Source: a virus (lineage: Duplodnaviria; Caudoviricetes). From it: a stretch of DNA of 64,000 nucleotides. Positions 8,903 to 18,834 of the stretch are shown here, piece after piece (position 1 is the first letter of the stretch; every line of letters begins with the position of its first letter). The stretch lies in the IMG/VR virus record IMGVR_UViG_3300050343_000159. One strand, written 5' to 3'. The notes under the pieces are model-generated. The model saw nothing but the letters and a program-made list of their open reading frames with translations. It was not told where the DNA came from and did not search any database. The translations under genes were made by a program, and so were the position numbers.

Positions 8903-9108
8903 ATCTAATACTAAGAACACATGAGAACTTCAACGATCCAGTATGGAGTGTGATATGGTGTATTATTATACTTTTGTTAGGAATTGGTTACTACATCTTA
9001 TACATAATGAGAACTGCATTTTACGAGTTAGAACATGGGAGCCATGACACCACCCAGCAGAAAAAGCTGCTACAACTTTCGAGTCACGGAGATCAACCGT
9101 GTTCTTGA
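8899..9108 (+). CDS. Small membrane hypothetical protein
   Basis: One TM segment (PVWSVIWCIIILLLGIGYYILY); start overlaps the previous stop. Confidence 0.5.
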   Translation: MNLILRTHENFNDPVWSVIWCIIILLLGIGYYILYIMRTAFYELEHGSHDTTQQKKLLQLSSHGDQPCS

Positions 9109-9493
9109 TGGCGATACTATCGATGTCACCATTGATCTTGGGTTTGATCTATACAAGAAAGAAAGAGTTAGAGTTGCAGGAGTTGATACGCCAGAAAAGA
9201 GAACGAAGAACTTAGAGGAGAAGGCTCTTGGAATCGAAGCAACCAACTGGCTCAAAGAGAAACTGGAGAGTACTATCGCTGGTGATGATGAGTTGTCTGT
9301 TAGGACTGAACTTGTTGGTGGCGTCGGTAAATATGGCCGTCTTCTTGGTTGGCTTTACATTGGGGACGACAGTGTGTCCCTCAACGAACAAATGATTGAG
9401 GAAGGTTATGCTCACGCATACGACGGAGGAACAAAAGACATGGATCTCGAAGCACTCAGAGAGATCAGAAGGGCGCACGGCACGTTGGTGTAG
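9035..9493 (+). CDS. Thermonuclease (SNase-like) family nuclease
   Basis: RVLDGDTID, RVRVAGVDTPE, GKYGRLLG and LNEQMIEEGYA motifs. Confidence 0.88.
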   Translation: MGAMTPPSRKSCYNFRVTEINRVLDGDTIDVTIDLGFDLYKKERVRVAGVDTPEKRTKNLEEKALGIEATNWLKEKLESTIAGDDELSVRTELVGGVGKYGRLLGWLYIGDDSVSLNEQMIEEGYAHAYDGGTKDMDLEALREIRRAHGTLV

Positions 9494-9620
9494 AAGTGTT
9501 GTCTGTGGATCTACACCTTTTATCCCAGACTCCGAATTTGGAGGGGAAAACTGCGAACTAACTTGTAGTATTGCTAAAGATTAATTCTAAACTATATACT
9601 TTTAATTAGGAAAAGTAAAA

Positions 9621-9866
9621 ATGCAAAAAGTAATTAATGTTTTAGCAGTCCTGTCGTTTGTGGGAACTGCGGGTATCATTGGAGGTGGTACTGCAGTGTA
9701 TCTCAATAAGGATTCTATTATTGAGAATGCAAAGAACCAAATTGCAGCAGCTGCAGGAGAAGCAATTGCTGGACAACTTCCTGGAATGATGGATGCTGGT
9801 ATGCCAGAACTTCCTAGTGCTACTGGTGGAGCTGTTCCTATGGGTGGAAGTGCACTTCCTTTCTGA
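9621..9866 (+). CDS. Hypothetical membrane-anchored protein
   Basis: 81-aa ORF with an N-terminal hydrophobic helix. Confidence 0.6.
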   Translation: MQKVINVLAVLSFVGTAGIIGGGTAVYLNKDSIIENAKNQIAAAAGEAIAGQLPGMMDAGMPELPSATGGAVPMGGSALPF

Positions 9867-10676
9867 TGGATATCCCTGAAATCGTTATCCCTAATACGAG
9901 TGTCAATATTAGTGACATTCGTAATTTGAATATCGATGTAATGCCTGATTGGATGAGAGATCCTCCTCAGGCATTACCAATTTACCCACCCGTGTCTACA
10001 CAGGTGGGTGTTCCTATTGTTAATATACCTGGATGTGTTGAGTCACATAGAGATAGTAGTGAGAATCAAACACTCAAAGAAGAGGATAGGGATGGTGTCC
10101 AGGTATTTTGTGATGCAGGAACACCTAGTTATAGTCCATTAGATTATGATCCACGTAGATTAGAAGATAACAACAACATCTCCACCACCTCCACCATATA
10201 AAGCACCTGATACAAAACCACCACCAACTCCTGATGCACCAGTCACCTCCACCAACTCCACCTGCAAAAGCAGAGTGTCCGAGTAGAGCACAAGAATTAA
10301 AAAACCCTGTAGGAAAAGTATCCTAGAGGGTAATAAAAAGATTACTGGGTATGAGACAGTAGGAAAAGAATGTCTCCCCGTATTTGAAAATTTAAATATA
10401 CCAGATCAGATTGTCCAGAACATACCATCAGCAGGTATGATAACTGTCACTGCATCTATCGCTGTGGTGGCAACGACCTCGGCACTGCTTGCAAAACCTC
10501 TTGCTGACCTTTTGTTAAAAGTGGTGAAACCTGTGACGAAGAAGGTTGTGAAGAAGATTGCTGCCTTACGGGGTAAGAAACCCCCGGTATTGTCTGCGAC
10601 TGAGAGGAAGGCGGAGCAACGGGATAGGAACCGGGCGATAAAGATCCTACGTTCGGCACTGAAGCCGAAGGGATAG
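9866..10676 (+). CDS. Conserved cyanophage hypothetical protein (fragmented)
   Basis: ORF fragments 9866-10201 and 10437-10676 are joined by a Pro-rich linker with frame changes. Confidence 0.5.
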
Positions 10677-11470
10677 AGTGACGATGTTGCTTAACAGTAT
10701 TAACATTATTAACTACCACGTCCGCACATATTTTTCTATAAGGGCTGCGTGGATGAAAAGAAATTCCTTGCTGCATTAACTGACCACAATTCTTAAGTCT
10801 AGCCAATTCAAAGTCTAATCTTTTATTAGCAAGCATCTGTCCTTGTAAAGCAATCTGAGTATCTGCTGCTTGCTTACAACGTTCTTGTAGTCCACCATCA
10901 AGTGGGAAAGATATTGTTGCAGATAATCCAAGACTGGTGCTGTAATTTTTAGTGTCACCAGTTCTTACTGGTTTCTCCCAAAGTTCTGCTCCAGGATTAT
11001 CAGGCACACCATCACCCATCATTTCCATAACTGTGATGGGCATGTCTGCACCATCTTCATAGGCACGAACAGTTTCACCTTCTGAGTTTGTATATGTCCT
11101 ATCATCATAATGTTCAGACCAAGGCCAGTTCTTCACATTCTTCTGAACTTCTACTAACTGACCTTCAAAATCTCTTCCATCATATTGAGGTTCCATATAG
11201 TGTGTTTCAAATGGATCCTTCTCATTACGAGCATGAGTAATGAATGGTGTGATGTTAGCAGTCGGTCCTTGACATGCAATACCCCCACCATATTGATTAG
11301 TGATGTATGGTCCTTGTAAGACCTGAATAGCTTGGTTGGTAACTGAGCCTGAACTATTTGCGATTGGGTTTGCTGTTGCAGAAACACCTCCCACATCAGC
11401 AGCACTGACAGGGGAGGCGATAAGAAGTGATATTACTGGGTAAAGATACTTGTGGTATCTGTGATGCTTG
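10456..11470 (-). CDS. Secreted-type hypothetical protein (3rd gene of a reverse-strand trio; both ends approximate)
   Basis: Signal-like YLYPVISLLIASPVSAA, then DVGGVSATANPIANSSGSVTNQA; Cys pairs near the C-terminus. Confidence 0.55.
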
Positions 11471-11903
11471 TAACCTCTGTGGTTCTTTGGATCACAGTTT
11501 GATTCGTTACACCCGGTCCCATGTAGGTCTGAGAGAACTGAAATGCTGCTCCTGGATCTGCGATTGTAAAACTCTGTCCACTTAAATTTAGACCAGAGTT
11601 GGCGCTTGTTACTTGCCCCTCTGTTCCTCCTAATGGATTCACGATCACTGAGTTTGTCGTTGGGTTCGGACTGAGGGATTGTCCCCCGTTGGTCACGTTT
11701 GAACCCGATACTGAATATTGCCATCCTGTTGCATAATCTATAGAGTTGATAGTTTCAGTCACCTTGGAGGTTGTCTCTGTGTGACTCGTCATGCTTCCCT
11801 GAGTGAAGTTTGGCACTACAGGGACCGCCAGGGCAGCGGCAGGAATAAGACTTACTCCCACCGCAGACATCACAATATATATGATTGTCTTTCCAGAAGT
11901 CAT
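11433..11903 (-). CDS. Secreted-type hypothetical protein (2nd of trio)
   Basis: Signal peptide ending AALA-VPVVPNFTQG; Ser/Thr-rich. Confidence 0.7.
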   Translation of the reverse strand: MTSGKTIIYIVMSAVGVSLIPAAALAVPVVPNFTQGSMTSHTETTSKVTETINSIDYATGWQYSVSGSNVTNGGQSLSPNPTTNSVIVNPLGGTEGQVTSANSGLNLSGQSFTIADPGAAFQFSQTYMGPGVTNQTVIQRTTEVTSITDTTSIFTQ

Positions 11904-11924
11904 GTTTTCTGACCTCCATTTATT

Positions 11925-12420
11925 TAGTGTAGAATCGTGAGCTCACTGACAAATTGACCAGTAGCATTTGTACCAGCACCACCAGCCGTCAAAGTAATTA
12001 CACCAGCAGTTGTAGAGTACCACCATCAGAGATCGCCAACAACACCAGCAGCAGTGGATGTAATGTTTCCAAAGTTTGCTACATCACCAACAGTGGTGCA
12101 GAAGTTGGGATTGCATCTGCCTGTGTATAAGACTGAGAGAAACTAAAAGCACTACCAGGATTATCCTGAGTGGCAGCGATTGTGCCTGGGGCATAAATTC
12201 CACTGGTAATTGCACCAGTAGAAATTGTATTAACTGTTGTTCCGTCAGTAGTATCTACACCGCTACCTGAAATTGAGAAGTTACTACCAAGTCTTGTGAC
12301 ATTAGTAGCAGCTGCATCAACGGTTAATTGAACACTAGAAGATAACTTATGAGTAAGAGCACCTGCATTTGCTGCTGGTGCGGTCATCAATAACATTATG
12401 AAAGGTAAAAACCGTTTCAT
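11925..12420 (-). CDS. Secreted-type hypothetical protein (1st of trio; frameshift near 12080, end approximate)
   Basis: Signal peptide MKRFLPFIMLLMTAPAANA; AFSFSQSY motif resembles AFQFSQTY in the 2nd gene. Confidence 0.6.
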
Positions 12421-12553
12421 AGTAAACCGAGAAGGGTATGTGTGCTATTTAGAAACTAAATTTTTTGATACAATGTTAAAGTATCACTACAAACATTTCA
12501 CATAATCAATTAAATAGATTAAATAGTTATTCACCAAAAACAAATTAAATAAA

Positions 12554-12820
12554 ATGTATTCCAAGGAAACATCTGACTTATTTGTCAGTCGAAAGGAATG
12601 TCCAAAATGTGGAGCAGTGTGGTTAAATGGTCAACACATATGGAGCACTGGTCGTAAAGGTGATGAAGAAACTCTAAGTAACCTTGTGTGTAGTATCAAA
12701 AATGATCCACAATGTATTAACTCAAAACATAAGGTAGGTCATGTCTATGGTGAAAAAGACACTTGGGAAAAAAGAAGTAAATTTGTTAAACAAAAATTGA
12801 AGGAGATTGACGATGCCTAG
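12554..12820 (+). CDS. Zn-ribbon hypothetical protein
   Basis: CPKC...W.NGQH.W...C...C pattern. Confidence 0.6.
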   Translation: MYSKETSDLFVSRKECPKCGAVWLNGQHIWSTGRKGDEETLSNLVCSIKNDPQCINSKHKVGHVYGEKDTWEKRSKFVKQKLKEIDDA

Positions 12821-12969
12821 AGGTAAAATGTTGAAGTATGAAATGGAATCTCATCTTTATAGGTTAAAGAATGAACTACACAGTAGGTCAGGAGTTGTGT
12901 GAATCTAAAGGTCTAGCTGATGAGTATCTCAATAGGGTCTTAGATAAACTTCAAGAGTTTAGATACTAA
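12813..12969 (+). CDS. Small hypothetical protein (frameshifted)
   Basis: MPRGKMLKYEMESHLYRLKNEL...KGLADEYLNRVLDKLQEFRY. Confidence 0.45.
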
Positions 12970-13015
12970 GCTAAGCCCAACCTTTATCGGTAACAAACCT
13001 ATTGTAGTCAAAACC

Positions 13016-13071
13016 AATACCCTTGTTAAGTACCAGTTCTCTAAGTGGAACACCAACTTAACAGGGGTATT
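13016..13071. repeat. 16-bp inverted repeat with a 24-nt loop
   Basis: AATACCCTTGTTAAGT (13016-31) and ACTTAACAGGGGTATT (13056-71), one G-T mismatch. Confidence 0.85.
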
Positions 13072-13111
13072 TCTTTGTGGTATGATAACAGGGTAAACAA
13101 AACTTTACATA
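13058..13111 (+). promoter_or_regulatory. Putative psbA sigma70 promoter with a downstream HLR1-like site and late-like box
   Basis: TTAACA (13058-63), 17-nt spacer, TATGAT (13081-86); TAAACAAA-AC-TTTACATA at 13094-13111. Confidence 0.5.
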
Positions 13112-13164
13112 AATAAACCAGTTACTTGTGTTGGTTTCAACATAAGTGTTTATACTTACTCCCC

Positions 13165-13270
13165 TTAAACCAAGACCTATAGGGAGTCTAAAAACGTCTT
13201 TAATACCTGTATCTAAGGGTGATACAGGAATAGTAAAACCATCATTTCCCTGATGATCTTACTTTTAAGT
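13165..13270 (+). ncRNA. Structured psbA leader, probably the PhotoRC-II RNA motif
   Basis: AAGAC/GTCTT, CCTGTATC/GATACAGG, AGTAA/TTACT and ATCA/TGAT helices directly 5' of a phage psbA; family name is from recollection. Confidence 0.6.
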
Positions 13271-13278
13271 ACATTACA

Positions 13279-14361
13279 ATGGCTTCAACACTTTCAAGAC
13301 AACAACAATCACAATCCACATGGAATGACTTCTGTGACTGGGTGACCTCCACCAACAATCGTCTGTATGTCGGTTGGTTCGGTGTACTGATGATCCCAAC
13401 TCTGTTGGCGGCTACCATCTGTTTCATTATTGCATTCGTAGGTGCTCCTCCTGTGGACATCGACGGTATCCGTGAACCCGTTGCTGGTTCACTCATGTAT
13501 GGCAACAACATCATCTCTGGTGCTGTCGTTCCTTCCTCCAATGCAATCGGTCTACATTTCTACCCCATCTGGGAAGCAGCCTCACTCGATGAGTGGCTTT
13601 ACAATGGCGGTCCTTTCCAACTGGTAGTCTTCCACTTCCTTATCGGCATCTACGCTTATATGGGACGTGAGTGGGAACTTTCTTATCGTTTGGGTATGAG
13701 ACCCTGGATCTGTGTGGCATATTCCGCACCTGTAGCTGCAGCGAGTGCAGTATTCCTGGTCTATCCTTTCGGTCAAGGTTCTTTCTCCGACGCGATGCCC
13801 CTGGGTATCTCTGGTACATTCAACTACATGTTGGTCTTCCAAGCAGAACATAACATCCTGATGCACCCCTTCCACATGTTGGGAGTTGCTGGTGTCTTCG
13901 GTGGTTCACTCTTCTCGGCAATGCATGGTTCACTGGTTACTTCTTCTTTGGTTCGTGAAACGACCGAGCAAGAGTCACAGAACTATGGTTATAAGTTCGG
14001 ACAAGAGGAAGAGACCTATAACATCGTCGCAGCTCATGGCTACTTCGGTCGTCTCATCTTCCAATACGCTTCTTTCAACAACTCTAGAAGTCTTCACTTC
14101 TTCTTGGCAGCCTGGCCTGTTGTAGGTATCTGGTTCACCGCACTTGGTGTTTCCACGATGGCCTTCAACCTGAACGGTTTCAACTTCAACCAGTCCATCG
14201 TTGATGGTCAGTCCCGTGTTATCAACACCTGGGCCGACGTTCTCAACAGAGCTGGACTTGGTATGGAAGTTATGCATGAGAGAAACGCTCACAACTTCCC
14301 ACTCGACCTGGCAGCAGCTGAGTCTACTCCTGTAGCACTCACCGCTCCTTCTATCGGTTGA
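13279..14361 (+). CDS. psbA: Photosystem II D1 protein, intact, no intron
   Basis: [50 protein letters not shown]; 360 aa. Confidence 0.99.
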   Translation: MASTLSRQQQSQSTWNDFCDWVTSTNNRLYVGWFGVLMIPTLLAATICFIIAFVGAPPVDIDGIREPVAGSLMYGNNIISGAVVPSSNAIGLHFYPIWEAASLDEWLYNGGPFQLVVFHFLIGIYAYMGREWELSYRLGMRPWICVAYSAPVAAASAVFLVYPFGQGSFSDAMPLGISGTFNYMLVFQAEHNILMHPFHMLGVAGVFGGSLFSAMHGSLVTSSLVRETTEQESQNYGYKFGQEEETYNIVAAHGYFGRLIFQYASFNNSRSLHFFLAAWPVVGIWFTALGVSTMAFNLNGFNFNQSIVDGQSRVINTWADVLNRAGLGMEVMHERNAHNFPLDLAAAESTPVALTAPSIG

Positions 14362-14386
14362 TATAACACCTGATACGTGTTACAAT

Positions 14387-14411
14387 AAGAGGGACTTCGG
14401 TCCCTCTTTTT
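14387..14411 (+). terminator. psbA terminator
   Basis: AGAGGGAC-TTCG-GTCCCTCT followed by a T-run. Confidence 0.85.
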
Positions 14412-14438
14412 CTTTATTCTTTAATGTGAAGTTTTATT

Positions 14439-14645
14439 ATGATTGAACTTTTAACTTACTATGTTATTGGTGGAGCACTACTAGTTGGAGCTCCTGCTGT
14501 GTTCTTCCTTATCGCTTTTATGCCAGCCCTTCAAAATACGAAAGGTCGTATGGTTGGATATAAGGATCGGAAAGCATATGGTGACATCTCTTCTTACGAG
14601 AACTCACCCACAGATCAAACTAAATTCTTTTTAGAACTGAACTAA
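14439..14645 (+). CDS. Small membrane hypothetical protein
   Basis: 68 aa with a TM segment (YYVIGGALLVGAPAVFFLIAF). Confidence 0.6.
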   Translation: MIELLTYYVIGGALLVGAPAVFFLIAFMPALQNTKGRMVGYKDRKAYGDISSYENSPTDQTKFFLELN

Positions 14646-14647
14646 TC

Positions 14648-14881
14648 ATGTCCTGTAAAACTTTAAGAACAGATATTCTCTCTGCACTTAGAAGTGCAGC
14701 AGAAGGAAATATTCAAAAGGCAAGGATCAACATTGAGGTTTACTTGCACAACCCTGTTGGTATCGGTGAACACCCAGATGTGTTAGGTGCCATTCAGGAT
14801 CAACTCGATGTTATTGCACACGAAGAGGAACGTATTCAAGTAATTGAAAAGCACTTCTCTTCACATACTCACTCAGAATAA
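14648..14881 (+). CDS. Conserved phage hypothetical protein
   Basis: NIEVYLHNPVGIGEHPD motif. Confidence 0.65.
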   Translation: MSCKTLRTDILSALRSAAEGNIQKARINIEVYLHNPVGIGEHPDVLGAIQDQLDVIAHEEERIQVIEKHFSSHTHSE

Positions 14882-15937
14882 ATGGCAACATCTACACTTG
14901 CACCTCCCACTAGGGGGTGGTTCGATCTTTTAGACGACTGGTTAAAACGAGACAGATTTGTATTCATAGGATGGTCCGGTGTTCTTCTTCTACCTACTGC
15001 TTACCTTGCAATTGGGGGCTGGCTTACTGGCACAACTTTCGTTACGAGCTGGTATACCCATGGTCTCGCTAGTTCCTATCTTGAGGGTTCTAACTTTCTT
15101 ACGGCAGCTGTTAGTACTCCAGCTGATGCTATGGGTCATTCTCTTCTTCTCCTCTGGGGTCCAGAGGCTCAGGGGGATTTCGTCCGATGGTGTCAACTTG
15201 GGGGACTCTGGAATTTTGTGGCACTCCACGGAGCCTTTGCTCTCATTGGTTTCATGCTTCGACAGTTTGAAATCTCTCGTCTCGTAGGAATTAGACCATA
15301 CAATGCTATTGCGTTCTCTGGGCCTATCGCTGTTTTTGTCAGTGTGTTTCCTCATCTATCCACTCGGTCAGTCCAGTTGGTTCTTTCGCACCGTCGTTTG
15401 GTGTTGCAGCGATCTTTAGGTTCCTACTCTTCCTACAGGGTTTCCACAACTGGACGCTCAACCCATTCCATATGATGGGAGTTGCAGGTATCCTAGGTGG
15501 AGCACTACTCAGCTATCCACGGTGTCACAGTAGAGAATACATTGTATGAAGATGGTGAACAGGCAAACACATTCAAAGCCTTTGACTCTACACAAGAGGA
15601 AGAGACTTACTCTATGGTTACGGCCAACAGATTCTGGTCTCAAATTTTTGGTATCGCTTTTAGTAACAAGCGCTGGCTTCATTTCTTTATGTTATTTGTT
15701 CCAGTTATGGGGCTCTGGACTAGTAGTATTGGGATTATTGGGCTTGCTCTTAATCTTCGTGCTTACGACTTTGTAAGTCAAGAGATCAGAGCAGCAGAAG
15801 ATCCTGAGTTTGAAACCTTCTACACAAAGAACATTCTCTTGAATGAAGGACTACGTGCATGGTTGGCACCAGTTGATCAACCACATGAGTCATTTGTATT
15901 CCCAGAAGAAGTATTACCTAGAGGTAACGCACTATGA
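14882..15937 (+). CDS. psbD: Photosystem II D2 protein (indels near 15350, 15385 and 15505, probably sequence errors)
   Basis: [51 protein letters not shown]...[10 protein letters not shown]. Confidence 0.95.
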
Positions 15938-16179
15938 TTAAATCTCTATTCAGTTTGGTATTTGCAGCTCTAATGTGGGTTCAAGTACCTCAGTGGAAAG
16001 ATGATTGGTCTAAGTGTGCTGTTGATGTACCTGACACAGCATGTCACTGGTACATCGTGGCACCAGATAGCACCATGGGAGAGGGGTTCGATTGGGCCAC
16101 CGCTCCCTGGTTCTCAGTCGAAGGATTGAGAGACATTGGTGAACTCAAAAACACAGTCCAGTCTCTACAGGAGGCATAA
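15934..16179 (+). CDS. Conserved cyanophage hypothetical protein
   Basis: 81-aa ORF coupled to the psbD stop; [16 protein letters not shown]. Confidence 0.6.
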   Translation: MIKSLFSLVFAALMWVQVPQWKDDWSKCAVDVPDTACHWYIVAPDSTMGEGFDWATAPWFSVEGLRDIGELKNTVQSLQEA

Positions 16180-16385
16180 TGAATAACTTCGAAGTCATTT
16201 TATACTTCGTCTGCTTCGCTGCTATTGGTGGCGGTGCCTTTGCTATGATGTGGTCTAACATCCAATCTATTAACATAGAGATGGCAAAACCTAAACCACG
16301 TCACCCTGAAGCACCACAAGCAGGTGAAGAACTGATGTATGTGGATTTAAGTAGAGAAAAACTAGAGGATTTGTATAATGATTAA
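16179..16385 (+). CDS. Small membrane protein (DUF2973-like)
   Basis: TM segment followed by RHPEAP..GEELMYV. Confidence 0.5.
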   Translation: MNNFEVILYFVCFAAIGGGAFAMMWSNIQSINIEMAKPKPRHPEAPQAGEELMYVDLSREKLEDLYND

Positions 16386-16776
16386 GTCATTAGGATTCTT
16401 ACTACTCCGTTTATCGATAGGCATCATGCTTATCCATCATGGATACGAGAAACTAGATAACATTGAAAACTTTGCGGATGCATTTGTAAGACCATTACAT
16501 CTTCCGTTTCCAATCTTCTTCTCATACGTTGCAGCTTTCTCTGAGATTGTAGGAAGTTGGTTGGTTATCTTTGGACTTGTTACTAGGTTGGGTGCCTTAG
16601 CAATCTTAGGCACTGTATCATTTGGAATCTATCACGCTTTAGTTACAGCTGGATTCAACATCTATCTGTTAGAACTCTTAGTTCTTTACTGGGGAGGTGC
16701 AGCTTGTATCGTTCTCGGTGGTGGTGGTAACTTCTCAATAGATCATTTGATACTAAGAAGACTTAAAGGAGTATAA
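16378..16776 (+). CDS. DoxX-family membrane protein
   Basis: LLLRLSIG.MLIHHGYEK, EIVGSWLVIFGL.TRLGA, GGGNFSID. Confidence 0.8.
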   Translation: MIKSLGFLLLRLSIGIMLIHHGYEKLDNIENFADAFVRPLHLPFPIFFSYVAAFSEIVGSWLVIFGLVTRLGALAILGTVSFGIYHALVTAGFNIYLLELLVLYWGGAACIVLGGGGNFSIDHLILRRLKGV

Positions 16777-16806
16777 ATTTATACCCTAATAACAGGAAAT
16801 ACACAC

Positions 16807-16840
16807 GGAGGGTTGACCCTCCTTTTTTTGTGTGTATAAT
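16807..16840 (+). terminator. Terminator whose loop doubles as a -35 (TTGACC) for a promoter driving petF
   Basis: GGAGGG-TTGA-CCCTCC followed by T7; TATAAT at 16835-40. Confidence 0.65.
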
Positions 16841-16864
16841 TAGTGTATGTAATTTTGTTTTTAC

Positions 16865-17158
16865 ATGGATCATTCAGTAACACTACAATATCCTGACGGT
16901 CGTGAGGAGAAGTTCACTTGTCCAGAGGACGAGTACATCCTAGACGTGGCAGAAGAACAAGGATATGACCTTCCATATTCATGTAGGGCAGGTGCTTGTT
17001 CCTCATGTTGTGGAAAGATTGTTTCTGGAACTCTGGATCAAAGCGATCAATCCTTCCTAGATGATGAACAAGTGGAAGCAGGGTTCGCTATGTTGTGTGT
17101 ATCCTATCCAAGTTCTGATCTGGTAATTAAGGCAGAGGCAGAAGAGGAACTATACTAA
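16865..17158 (+). CDS. petF: Plant-type [2Fe-2S] ferredoxin
   Basis: [13 protein letters not shown]...LCV motif. Confidence 0.95.
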   Translation: MDHSVTLQYPDGREEKFTCPEDEYILDVAEEQGYDLPYSCRAGACSSCCGKIVSGTLDQSDQSFLDDEQVEAGFAMLCVSYPSSDLVIKAEAEEELY

Positions 17159-17160
17159 AA

Positions 17161-17454
17161 GTGAAAACTCTTTATATTCATCCCTTAGGTGACACAAGTT
17201 GTCTAACACATGATGGATACATTCAAATAGGAGTATTCAATCATTCACTAGAGAAACACCTTGAACTTAATCCGACTATAAACTGGATTGAAACCTATTG
17301 GTATCCTGATGTATTTTCAAACAGATACAAGAGAGCAAACTTTCAACAAACAGAAAAAGCTAATGAAGGAAGTCCTAGGACTGACAATGCATTAGATAGT
17401 CGCCCAAGAGACTTTCCTGATCAAGCACAAACTAGACTAGACAGAACGTTATGA
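17161..17454 (+). CDS. Conserved cyanophage hypothetical protein
   Basis: 97-aa ORF in the operon, GTG start. Confidence 0.55.
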   Translation: MKTLYIHPLGDTSCLTHDGYIQIGVFNHSLEKHLELNPTINWIETYWYPDVFSNRYKRANFQQTEKANEGSPRTDNALDSRPRDFPDQAQTRLDRTL

Positions 17455-17778
17455 AATTTCTATTCACACTACTCGCATCAAGTTCTATTTTTGGCTCTCC
17501 CAGCATGGGCAGTTGATGTAACTATGGGTTCAAATGGTAACCTAGTATTTGCACCCAATGACATCACTATCTCAGCAGGAGATACTGTTCACTTTATTAA
17601 TGAAGCACTACCTCCTCACAATATCATTGTAGAAGGTCGTGCAGACCTTTCCAGAGAAGCACTATTGTTTGCTCCTGGTGAATCACAAGACGTTGTGTTT
17701 GCTGATGTAGGAGATTATAATTTCTTCTGTGGTCCCCATCAAGGTGCTGGTATGACTGGAGTCATTCACGTTCAATGA
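17451..17778 (+). CDS. petE: Plastocyanin (indel in the signal peptide near 17481)
   Basis: Copper ligands PPHNI and FFCGPHQGAGM; signal-peptide end LPAWA-V. Confidence 0.92.
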
Positions 17779-17951
17779 TCGATTCTCCAGAAGCACCTAT
17801 CGAAGGTGAAGTTGATAAGTGGGGGTTTACAATTAAACCCTCTATTACTGACGATGAGTTGATCCTCATGTGTCTTAAGAATGCTCCTTGTGGGGCAGAT
17901 CGTAAACAAGCAATTGCTCTTATTAAAAAGTACGAAGACAAAGTAAAATGA
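17775..17951 (+). CDS. Small hypothetical protein (58 aa)
   Basis: MIDSPEAPIEGEVDKWGFTIKP..., coupled to petE and talC. Confidence 0.55.
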   Translation: MIDSPEAPIEGEVDKWGFTIKPSITDDELILMCLKNAPCGADRKQAIALIKKYEDKVK

Positions 17952-18595
17952 AAATCTTCTTAGACACCGCGGACACATACGCTATTAAAGATTACTTTGA
18001 TACAGGTCTCATCGATGGTGTCACAACTAATCCCACTCTGATTATGAAGAGTGGTCGTAACCCTGATGATGTGTATCAGAAGATCAAAGATATTGGTGTC
18101 AAGGATATCAGTATGGAAGTGATGGGTAACTTTGTTGAGATGTATACAGAGGCATCACGACTCTCTCAGAAGTTTGGTGATGTGGCAACTATCAAAGTTC
18201 CTATGACCCGTGATGGTTTGAAAGTATGTTATCAACTTTCTCAGGTTGATAAAGTGAGAGTGAATGTAACTCTTATCTTCTCAGCAGCTCAAGCAGTCCT
18301 AGCAGCTAAGGCTGGTGCCACCTATGTGTCACCCTTCGTTGGTCGTTTGGATGACCAGTCTGTGGCTGGTCTGGAGGTGGTTCGTTCTATCTCTGAACTG
18401 TATCGTATTCATCGTATCCCTACACAGGTACTATCAGCCTCCATTCGTTCGGTACAGAGGGCTGTACGGTCCTGGTATAACGGAGCAGAGGTGGTTACGA
18501 TGCCTCCTAGTATCTTTGAACAGATGTATGATCACATCTTGACTGATAAGGGTCTGGAGATCTTTGAGAAAGATGCAGCTAATATCAAACAATGA
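17948..18595 (+). CDS. talC: Transaldolase (TalC/FSA family)
   Basis: FLDTAD, GVTTNPTL, IKVPMT, NVTLIFS, YVSPFVGRLDD. Confidence 0.95.
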   Translation: MKIFLDTADTYAIKDYFDTGLIDGVTTNPTLIMKSGRNPDDVYQKIKDIGVKDISMEVMGNFVEMYTEASRLSQKFGDVATIKVPMTRDGLKVCYQLSQVDKVRVNVTLIFSAAQAVLAAKAGATYVSPFVGRLDDQSVAGLEVVRSISELYRIHRIPTQVLSASIRSVQRAVRSWYNGAEVVTMPPSIFEQMYDHILTDKGLEIFEKDAANIKQ

Positions 18596-18834
18596 ACAGA
18601 TATTACTACCGAGTTTATTCTGGTAGACCAGAAGAACTAGAAGCCGGGTATTATCCACATCTTGAAGCAGTCTTTAAAACCAAAGAAGAGAGCATTGAGT
18701 TTGTAAATACTTGGTTGGACTTATATCCAAAAGGTGATGTGACCTTTTGGTATGAAAATCCAGATTAAAAATTGTCATAACCCTGTTGATCTCATAGGTC
18801 AATGGGGTTATACTATGTGTATCGGAAAACAACT

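Noticed and set aside
9396-9584. Cys-rich peptide overlapping the end of the SNase gene
   Set aside because: There is no clear RBS or start for the Cys-rich part; it is possible but cannot be supported from sequence alone
10456-11724. Full 422-aa minus-strand ORF as listed in the track
   Set aside because: Its first ~85 codons overlap the upstream minus-strand gene out of frame; the signal-peptide-like start lies near 11470
12470-12520. NtcA binding site upstream of 12554
   Set aside because: The spacing does not fit GTA-N8-TAC
13242-15776. Antisense and alternate-frame ORFs over psbA and psbD
   Set aside because: They are shadows of conserved, codon-biased genes, with no RBS or recognisable motifs
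13279-15937. Group I intron or homing endonuclease in or between psbA and psbD
   Set aside because: psbA is a continuous 360-aa frame, and the intervening ORFs have no HNH, GIY-YIG or LAGLIDADG motifs
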